From the IMG/VR virus record IMGVR_UViG_3300043469_000509: 37,267 nt of DNA. The stretch is one strand, 5' to 3'. A program made the position numbers and the translations under genes. Below, one piece after another: positions 20,401 to 27,700 of this stretch; the first letter of the stretch is position 1, and each line of letters opens with the position of its first letter. This DNA is from an uncultured virus (IMG/VR IMGVR_UViG_3300043469_000509). Taxonomy: Duplodnaviria > Heunggongvirae > Uroviricota > Caudoviricetes > Crassvirales. Under the pieces are notes generated by a model. It worked only from the letters and a program-made list of their open reading frames with translations, was not told the origin of the DNA and ran no database searches.

Positions 20401-21480
20401 GTACAAAACTTAATTAATGATAATAACTTAGCTATTTTTTATGAGAAGTTCTTTCTAAATAATGGTAAGTATAATGAACTAGATAAAAATTGGAGTAAGT
20501 ATAGAGATGAAAATTCTTTTTATTCTGAGCCTGATTTTGCAGATGCTTATGAAGACTATGAAGACTACGAAGACCCTTTTGATTATCCTAGTAGTGAGTT
20601 TAGTCCTAAAGAAGATAGATATAAGCATAAATTATTTAAAAAAGGTTATGACTCACAAGGGTTATTAAAGTTATCAACTAAGGAAGGTAATATTATAACC
20701 CCTGCTGGTGGAGTTAATGGTATTAATTACATTGTAACTAAATATGACACTCCTAATGAAGATATATTAGAGTTAATACAAAGTTATGAAATTGTTAATT
20801 TAGAGCCTACTCAATCTGTTACTAGTGAATCTACTACTCAACGTAAAACATATTCTGGTAAAGTAACAAGTTTGCAATCTAATCAAATATTTGTATTTGG
20901 TTCTAATGAAGGGAATTCTAAGGGGGCTAAACCCACACATGGTGCAGGTAGTGCAAAGATTGCTAGAGAAAAATTTGGCGCAATACAAGGTCAAAGTAGA
21001 GGTCTGCAAGGGCAATCTTATGGCATTGTTACTAAGAAGTTTTACGATGTAGAAAAATCAAGTACTCCAGAAGAAATTACAAAAGAGATTCAAAGTTTAT
21101 ATGAGTATGCTAAACAAAATCCAACTAAAGAATTTTTAGTATCTGATTATTCTGAAAGCAATCTTAATGGTTATACTGGACAACAAATGGCAGATATGTT
21201 TAATGCTGCTGGATCTATACCATCTAATATAGTATTTAATGAGAATTTTGATAAGTTAATACCTGCTCAATCACAAGCTACTACATCTACTGAAGATGAA
21301 AAAGCTGATATTTTTTATAACCTTGAAGAGTTCACAATTGAGCAAAAAGTTGTTATATTAGATAAGATGTTAGCTAAAGGTGATGCCCTATCTGAAGAAG
21401 ATGCTTTAGATCAATTAAACCAAATGTTAGCAACTGATAAAGAGTTTGCTACTGAATATATAAAATCTTGTTTATCTTAA
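14470..21480 (+). CDS. Virion-packaged two-barrel DNA-dependent RNA polymerase (crAss-like, phi14:2 gp66 type)
   Basis: 2336 aa. LRIPNQ (18643-18660) followed by GSDFDIDK with catalytic DxDxD at 18763-18777. ETDG motif. Size and context match crAss-like virion RNAPs. Confidence 0.9.
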   Translation: MSVICPRVNTSEWKSLERKYGYDYAWKLYMYNNSNIPSLEEAKLLKVKHEKVLSKFIFEGVELTSLEKTDFLNSLKYFFVKNLINNFDTIQDIENILEDILDSKSIMNVYDKALENIIDAYSEKADPRLTNILMAVIKDHPTNFLREAYQIAEEDSYKAGLIYNQFKKELSNIVKFVKSNDEDPDTKKTEAVTETTKDSYGKESIEQNRKDTFSRGIKILLSGVPEYAKDGSYARNSLGMLQPVNANKVNNELLNLFANTPATAQDFLEKLYSEADTNPTINWVYEKVFSSLSTNPKTGELELTNSNISELPRFNMIIKFIQSFANHKYKLDAAIVSKTKEGTSIKIQDADTNKLTNRILKEWKTNIEKALDSGVVVGSRKIIFNNDVNAFVNFLNAQDESLEDKLAVLGLPQVNEKLIDEYSASNTLNILSNNLSFIQTFFDLTGLIKESVKTIPGNKGLLEMFEPLSKNTKLHAYTVGLLEFTLPFRKDYDNQQFNTDGNLMSTINLNSFQTLLLNRLNNAVDKARQKFPNDSVYNNFENIYEELNKEVPEALNQWSSDSKFMQRVLSGEKLEIKLLDGMVAKGGDGKSTSALVQTDLWGMFINSSLNNVFPAIKHGDRSMFYGYKFGFGGSDILSTAGYMPDSNWKNRFTDILFDYLDTEIQRIKIFRSGATETADIQNINKLGKEFILFSEILDTFNSNKLHRNKIDSLITNYTNIQDLKEDKFIASLINKWAGNYFNESIAQAKNSGIGELGNGIDVNISNKLYNALEYSQRGLKKDQAFYDEVISLAAAKFFIGAVEQTKLFTGDPALYQIKGFEKNLEALESKSKESILIYDFIKRITMQSSTKMVAVVDTVTNNFLNNLAAEEDFKFSINGGPKQSYNKNFDGTIRELVINDPKTVSKLKEELALIFKDNPEALAAYTENGFDETDGFSIGNIFFALEGIFRTEGIHSARLETVKRELKFLSGTQEELDTLYTVPKGENPEKYFSQTVRPFTQQKFQYVGPNYMKDRNSYIEDGKKGNWRNRVGITAGRKTSYGYLMPSVVKGTVLEQLNNFMLENAVDVMHFGSAAKFGSGKTRDFYKVREENGVKITEGFNDSPILSNELGFLDFRYMGKQQEIAYETKNKVSDSTQARKINLSGIMEDGVPIDYAGTNEEWDKLSEQEKLSNSELFRFITRYDQIYNELIQEFISELQAGYELSNTFNITNPLKFVNLIRKQAEDRVSPDNIIEAIIDWAKDDSNLKYIESLANYQKIQYVLTSIITNNLLILKRPGTMFPQSPSTGYESTDSFRTFSGENLESNDALKFYTFDKDEDGNIIKVNPAEIMIPLPLDKVEGLFNYYDGKSILINGEVYKKPNAERNINKLLDIINNQIAEGNLQHQYLIKGLRIPNQQLSSNDVFKVKKFLNPIYNQTIIVPNEILVKNGSDFDIDKESLYFPILDDEMKAKDSDKMSSVEKLHSELLDLEIKLLLHPKRVSRLLMPVTEGYLKTIAKKAQIANIKNVNKQPTHLFALGSLVEGTLDYVGGKQGVGVVATWITFQKLAERYNIVLKTSRTNSKGDYIPVTLDNRYLDGKDVIVNDNFISFGKTVNRNIINEKQDSGQSREILLEEQIEDVLSNLITSQVDIVKDKWASEINIRLNTLNLVCYLVMRGCSTKSIVDFINNPAIKQFNEIKEINKAMSIDSPYPKDNKGIIQFIAGKQPNYISSILEEYIKVTDEAGQVKNLKDFLSADTKYLKSPEEVWEVDNTLWRMLNSSESIFDSNQLNELRYNTLLSSFIQSRSLINTIFDPLYLTRNSLNKDLIEKQSILTNKGFDHIHKDTTKKAAIKIYNEHFINFLLQNQLKSVIESKYENLMKGPNSMARRISRAKDNPRFANNYLIQNLISIIDNKLGNSTEQVIDNVKLFLTKTTTTETNNLSNNFEEIESIDKALYEDLIYFNLFQAGISNSPYQLSKILSHKGQKLVLDALNNEGVQNLINDNNLAIFYEKFFLNNGKYNELDKNWSKYRDENSFYSEPDFADAYEDYEDYEDPFDYPSSEFSPKEDRYKHKLFKKGYDSQGLLKLSTKEGNIITPAGGVNGINYIVTKYDTPNEDILELIQSYEIVNLEPTQSVTSESTTQRKTYSGKVTSLQSNQIFVFGSNEGNSKGAKPTHGAGSAKIAREKFGAIQGQSRGLQGQSYGIVTKKFYDVEKSSTPEEITKEIQSLYEYAKQNPTKEFLVSDYSESNLNGYTGQQMADMFNAAGSIPSNIVFNENFDKLIPAQSQATTSTEDEKADIFYNLEEFTIEQKVVILDKMLAKGDALSEEDALDQLNQMLATDKEFATEYIKSCLS

Positions 21481-21491
21481 AATAAAATAAA

Positions 21492-21902
21492 ATGTTACCT
21501 AAATTAAAAGGAAGTCAAATGGAACCTAGCGGATCAACTAAAATGGCTGTACAAGCTATATCACAATGCTTATTTGAAGCTGAAATTCAAATGCATATAG
21601 TACATCTACAAGCAAGAGATAAATCATTTGCAATGCATGAGGCACTTGGTGCATTCTACTCATCATTAGCTGATTTAAATGATGATTTAGTAGAGAAAAG
21701 TTTTGTTAAAACTGGTCTTATGTTAAACTATTCATCAATGATGATTACTAATAATGTAGAACCTATCTCTTATATTAAGAAAGAGATGGCTAAGATTGAA
21801 GCTATGAGAGCTAAAGTTACTGAAGGATATATAGAGCAGATGATTGATAATATATTAGAACAATTTGCTCACGTAATTTATAAATTAGAGAACTTACACT
21901 AA
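21492..21902 (+). CDS. Ferritin/Dps-like protein (DUF5856-like)
   Basis: 136 aa, helical. HIVHLQ..SFAMHEALGAFY..L..LND.LVE pattern and C-terminal IYKL, as in phage Dps-like proteins. Confidence 0.7.
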   Translation: MLPKLKGSQMEPSGSTKMAVQAISQCLFEAEIQMHIVHLQARDKSFAMHEALGAFYSSLADLNDDLVEKSFVKTGLMLNYSSMMITNNVEPISYIKKEMAKIEAMRAKVTEGYIEQMIDNILEQFAHVIYKLENLH

Positions 21903-24721
21903 TGGATGTATTTTGTATAAATACTAATAATCCTGAATTTCAAAAGTTATTAGCTGAGAGTGGAATGAAGCAAGGTGTATTTGCTATGGCAATCTCTAAA
22001 TGGATGACTGAATCTGGAATACACAATAGATACCCGACTTTACAAGAGTTGGGTATTACTACTGCAGAGAGTGTTAAGCCAGGAGTAGAAGGATTATTTG
22101 AATCTAATCCTGAGTTAGCTAGTGCTGTTTATGACGCTACAATACCAAATAGATTATCAGAAGTTTATAAACTAACAAATACACCTATAGGAGATCCTGT
22201 AAGTCAAACAGAAGGAACTGGATTATGTGATGGTACTTGTGGTATAATGGCTTATAGATTAAAAGAACAAGGTATGCCTTACGGTACTACACAAATAGAT
22301 GATAAGTATGCTAATTATCATGCTATAGCATTAACTGAAATAGATGGTAAAAGATTTATTTTAAATCAACCTCAATTAGAGTTTATAAGCAGAAGTTATC
22401 AAAAAGCCCCTGTTTGGGAAAGGGCTCAATATTGGAGAGGTGATGATGTTAGAATGAATAGACACTTAGAGGAATTAAATAAATTTATCTATGGTATGGA
22501 AATGCCGCTTTTTAATTTTTTTACTGGTAAATCTTTTGAATCTGATTATGGAACAATCCAACCAGTTTTTAAAGATATTACTAAAATAGAAAGAATTGAA
22601 GATATAAAAAATTATGACGGGAAAATAGAAAAACGTACAATTGTTCATCAAACAGCTAAATTGATATCAAATCCTAAAGTATCTGTAAAATGGGCATATG
22701 ATAAAGAATTTCCTAGCGAGGAAGCATTAACTGAGTTTTCGTCTACTTTAGATGGTGAAGAAATATTAGCTTGGACTAATGATGTAATGAAGCCAAGATT
22801 AATCGAGGCTACAGAAGAAAATTTAATTCAAGAGTATAAACTTACTAAAGAACAGGCAAAAGAAAGCATTAAGAAAATTAATTCTGCTAAAATAGAAAAA
22901 GGGAGTGAAGATAATAAACGTATAACCTCAGAACAAGCTAAACAGGCTCAACAATTATATTCTCAATATCTTGAGCAAGGTGGAACTCAACAAGATATAA
23001 AAGGATTTAAAGAGTTTCTAGATAAACCAGCTACGAGTGAAGAAGTTGCTAAGGAAGCTGTTGATGTAATGCAAAAAAGCATACAAAAATTAGAAAAAGA
23101 CGGTATGGTAGATAATAATAGAAAGATACTAAAACCTATTGATTTTAATGCTTATAATAATAAACTTACTAATCATGCTAGAAATAAATACGGAGTTACT
23201 GGAGAAGGTATGTTATTTAAGATTGTTGATTCTAAATCAAGCTTACCTTATGATAGATTAATAGGTTATAATAAAAGTACTTTTTATGATGTAAATAATG
23301 AGTTATTTAAAGAGCTTCAAGAAAAATATGATGCTTATCATAGTTCTGAAGGTAAAAGTGGCTATTATCAATTAAAAGATTCTACTAATTTAAAACAAGC
23401 TGATAAAGACCTAGATAATTATTTATTAGACTTTTTAAAACCTTTTGGTGTAAAATCTCAAGAAGTAGAAGAATTAAAAACTAGATTAGGTAAAGATGCT
23501 CTAGCTTTAACAGATGTTTTAAATAAAGTTATATACCATGTAAATTCAGATAAACTGAATGCATTATCAATTCCTGAAGAGGCTTCACATATGATAGTAA
23601 TGTTAATGGGTAAACATAATCCGTTAATTAAAGATTTACTAGACAACATACATAAATGGGAGAAATATGAGAGTATTAAAAAATTATATTTACCTGAGTA
23701 TCAAAATTTAGCTCAAGTTAAGATTGAGGCAGTAGGTCAGTTACTTTCTGAAGCTTTAGTTAGAAATAATTTAAAACCTGCTGCAAAGTCTATGTTTAAA
23801 ACTATTATAGATAACATTTCTAAATGGTTAAAAGAAAAATTTTCTAAATTTCAATCACAATTATTTATAGCTGATAAAATAGCTGTAGAAGTATTAAATG
23901 GTAATGCAGACTTTATAGGTAATTTAAAACCTGCTTATCCTAAAGTAGATTTTGAAAAAGCTTTAAATGGTAATCCTTTAGCTAAGAAATTAGTTACAGA
24001 ATTTGCATCAGAATTAAAATTACCTTTAGTAGGTAGTTTAGCTATTGCTGGACAAAATGAGGCTATATATAGATCAGAAAAAGAGCCTGTGCATGACTTA
24101 GATTTTTTACAAGATGGCAGAAAATCTAGTCTTAATAATAAAGTAACTAGAAAATTAAAAGAGTTAAAGGCTGTAGAAGCTCATAAAGGGTGGCCATCTC
24201 CTGATGGTACTTATACTTGTTTTACATACTTTATTCCTGCAGAAGGCTATGAAATAATACCTACAAATATAAATAAAAATAATTGGGTAACTGAATTTGA
24301 GATACACAAAAATGGTAAATTATTTGTCAGTTTAAAATACTATTGGGTAAAAGATGGTAAAGGTAAATTAACAAGAACTTTATTAACATCTTATGAAAAT
24401 CCTCTAGATGTAACAACTGATTTATCACAAGTTTATATGCCTACAGATTTCTTCTTTTATCCTAAAGGGTATTCTGATAAACCAAGTGCTAATAATATGG
24501 CGCATTGGACATCTATTTATAATGGTAAAATGCTATTATCTCCAGAAAGTAGAAAAGAAAGAATGTTTGATAGACCTAAAGATCAAAATGATTACTTATT
24601 ATTAAATCCTGAAGATAGGAGTAGAAAACCTACTGAAGCTTTTATGTATTATCAAATTAGTGATGATGCTGTTATAGAAGAATTAATACAAGAAGGAACG
24701 TTAAAAACAAAATGTGAATAA
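21902..24721 (+). CDS. Polyvalent virion protein: papain/transglutaminase-like domain, degenerate zincin and Pol-beta-type nucleotidyltransferase-like domain
   Basis: GLCDGTC (Cys 22226) ... YHAIAL (His 22319) ... FILNQP. PEEASH (23573-23590) with later EAVGQLL. LVGSLA (GS 24032) ... HDLDF (DxD 24095-24103) ... RPKDQND. Confidence 0.6.
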   Translation: MDVFCINTNNPEFQKLLAESGMKQGVFAMAISKWMTESGIHNRYPTLQELGITTAESVKPGVEGLFESNPELASAVYDATIPNRLSEVYKLTNTPIGDPVSQTEGTGLCDGTCGIMAYRLKEQGMPYGTTQIDDKYANYHAIALTEIDGKRFILNQPQLEFISRSYQKAPVWERAQYWRGDDVRMNRHLEELNKFIYGMEMPLFNFFTGKSFESDYGTIQPVFKDITKIERIEDIKNYDGKIEKRTIVHQTAKLISNPKVSVKWAYDKEFPSEEALTEFSSTLDGEEILAWTNDVMKPRLIEATEENLIQEYKLTKEQAKESIKKINSAKIEKGSEDNKRITSEQAKQAQQLYSQYLEQGGTQQDIKGFKEFLDKPATSEEVAKEAVDVMQKSIQKLEKDGMVDNNRKILKPIDFNAYNNKLTNHARNKYGVTGEGMLFKIVDSKSSLPYDRLIGYNKSTFYDVNNELFKELQEKYDAYHSSEGKSGYYQLKDSTNLKQADKDLDNYLLDFLKPFGVKSQEVEELKTRLGKDALALTDVLNKVIYHVNSDKLNALSIPEEASHMIVMLMGKHNPLIKDLLDNIHKWEKYESIKKLYLPEYQNLAQVKIEAVGQLLSEALVRNNLKPAAKSMFKTIIDNISKWLKEKFSKFQSQLFIADKIAVEVLNGNADFIGNLKPAYPKVDFEKALNGNPLAKKLVTEFASELKLPLVGSLAIAGQNEAIYRSEKEPVHDLDFLQDGRKSSLNNKVTRKLKELKAVEAHKGWPSPDGTYTCFTYFIPAEGYEIIPTNINKNNWVTEFEIHKNGKLFVSLKYYWVKDGKGKLTRTLLTSYENPLDVTTDLSQVYMPTDFFFYPKGYSDKPSANNMAHWTSIYNGKMLLSPESRKERMFDRPKDQNDYLLLNPEDRSRKPTEAFMYYQISDDAVIEELIQEGTLKTKCE

Positions 24722-24738
24722 GTTAAATTTTTAAAATA

Positions 24739-27700
24739 ATGAGTTGTAAGATAGACCCTAAAGAATTTCCAATAGGTACAGTTAGAGATTTAGTTAATTC
24801 TAAAAAGCTAAGTACTTTTAAAGCTTCATCTGAAGATACCTTTGAGAGTATTAATAATAAAGTAAAGATATTTCAAAATATAGTTACAAGTGAATTAGTA
24901 GATAATACTAAATTAGTTAAAGGTTATCATTTAGATCCTAGCGGTAAAACTTCTAGGTATGTGTGGGTAGATAATAAAAACTTAGCTTTTGCTGGTAGGG
25001 TTACTGATGCTAATTCAGCAAGATTTAAAAGGCGTAAAGGTTTTAAAGCTGCTGCTGAGTTAAGTAATTTACCTGATAATGAGAGAAAAAGAATGTTAGG
25101 TACTAAAGTTCATAAAGCTTTACAAGATTTAACTTATTATTATATGAAGTTAAAGCCTGCTATGTTAGCCAATGATTTAAGTACTATACCTGATGTTAAA
25201 CTTAGTGATATACAGTCAGAATTAGGATTAACTGATTCAGAATTTGCAGGGTTACAAAGTGGGTTTCTTGAAATTTTTAAACTAATTAAAGATACCCAAA
25301 CTAAAATTGATCCTAATGGTAAGGTTAGTATTAATCCTGAAAGTTTTATTCCTGATGTATTAACTGCTGCTAAAGGTGGTACAACAGATTTATTTGTACT
25401 TTACTCAGATAAGACAGGCTCTCTATTTGACTACAAAACTATGTCTGGTATGGTAGGGCAAGATGGTAAGTTAGCTGATGCTAGTTGGATACCTGACTAT
25501 AAAATGGAAGAATTTAATTTACAATTACCTACTCTTGTAGAGATGTATAAGAATATAGGTGTAAAAGAATTTAGACATGTTAGAGTAGTTCCTATTTTGA
25601 TTAAACTAAAAAATAAAGCTAAGAATGATACTACTAAAGTTAAAGGTAATACTTTAACTGATACTATACAAATGATAAAGATGGGTAAAGAGGCTGATAA
25701 GTATTTAAGCCACATACCTATTACTATCGAAGATACTGGTAATAAATCTTTAAATAAATCAATTAACGAAGCTTTAAAGCTTAGACATAACTTGACTAAA
25801 AGGCTAGGTAAGTATTCTGATGATAGTGCTGAATATATTAGTTTAATGAGTAGAATACGTAATCTTACAGCTAGTATTAACTCTATTATGCTAGATAAGG
25901 ATATTAGAAGTACTTTTAAACAATATAGAAGTATTGTAGATAGATACTTAGCAGATAATAATGTTCTTAGAGAGGGGACTTTGTTAAAAGATAGTCCTTT
26001 GTTTTTAACTAATCAAAAAATAGAAGCCTTATTAGCAGATATAGATATTTTTGAGTCTATAGCTGCCAGTACTCCTGAATTTATTGACAGTTTAAAAGTT
26101 GATGATGAAGAAGTAAACAAAGAAAAGTATTTAAATACTTTAACTATTTTAGTAGGCAGAACTTCTATGTTACGTAAAGCTTTACAAGAAAGGTTAATTA
26201 CTTTAAACTTGTCTACAGATGAAGTTCAAGCAATGTTAAATGATAAAAACTTAACTTTTTTTGATAGATATCTAAGAAGGTTTAGTAATATTCAAAATAC
26301 TATTTTCCAAAAAGTTAGGAATTTAATAGATACTGCTAACAATCGTTCTAGACTAAGCCTACAAGAATTTACAAGCCAGCTAAAAAAAATAGACGGGCGG
26401 GTACAAACTTGGGGAGAGTCTAAAGGCTTATCAGGATTTAAAGTTTATGAAGTTTTTATAAATAAACAAACAGGTAATTTACATACTAAATTTAAAAAAG
26501 AGTTATATGAAAAATTAAAATTAGCTCGTAAAGAACGTGATTTTAAGACTTTAAATAAGTATGTAAAACTAAAAGATGATGCTTCTGTAACTTATCAAAA
26601 TAAAAGACAAGAATATATAATTAAACATTCATTAGTTGGAGATGCTTTAACTACTGATACAGACTTCCTAGCTTGGGAAAGGGCTAATAATCCTGAGTTA
26701 AGTACTAGTGAAGTTAAATATGCTAACTATTGGTATTTATATTATGACATAAATGAGTCAGCTATTGAAGATGAGCTTTATAATGCTGATTTTCTAACTA
26801 TAAAAAATACTCCTGAGTTATTAGAATACTATAAGTTTTGGACTTCTAATATGGAGAAATTTAGGAAGTATTTAGATTTAAGTGGGGATAGATTACCAAA
26901 ACAATTTGTACCTTGGATTAAAGCTTCTATTGTTGAGCAATATTTAGCTAATAATATTAGCTTTTCAATGGAAAGTTTTAAAAACTTACTTGGTCTAAAC
27001 GAGAATAATGATCTTACTTTTAGTGATAGTTATCAAGAAATTAGAACAGAAATTGATGTTGATACAGGTAAACCTAAATTAGAGATACCTAAATATTTTA
27101 TTAACCCTCTTGTTAATAATCAAGGAGAAGTAGATAATACTTTAAAGTCATTTGATTTAAGTTCTAGTTTAACAATATTTGCTGGAATGGCTTTTAATTA
27201 TAACAACTTAAAAGAAACTGAGAATACTGTTGAAGCACTAAAAGAGATATTAGCTATTAAAGGAGTTGTACAAACTACAGCTGATGGTGATATTGTTAGT
27301 TTAGCAGGGCAGCCTGAAAGAGAAAAAAGTAAGAGATCTAAAGAATACGAACTACTTGAAACTTTAACTAACTTTCATTTATATGGAGCATTTTATAAAG
27401 AAGCTCCAGGTAAAGCAATGACAGCCTTATTAAAGCTAAAGAAGTATCAACAATTAAAAGAGCTAGCTTTATCTCCAATAGCTTCTGCAGTGAACTTAAT
27501 GGGTGCTAGAAGTAATGCTGCTTTTGAAGGTGTTAAAGGATACTTTTATACAAGAGAAATGTGGGTTAAATCTTTACAAGACAGGTTTAAAGATAAAGAA
27601 AAATACTTTGCTTTAGCTCATTTCTTACAGCCTTATCAAGGTAAGAATGTTAAAGATCTTGCTAAAAATGTTTCTATACATAAAGGTATTACTAGTAAAG

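Noticed and set aside
20548..20574. Three copies of TAYGAAGAC (YEDYEDYED)
   Set aside because: Short in-frame low-complexity acidic linker, not a CRISPR or regulatory array.
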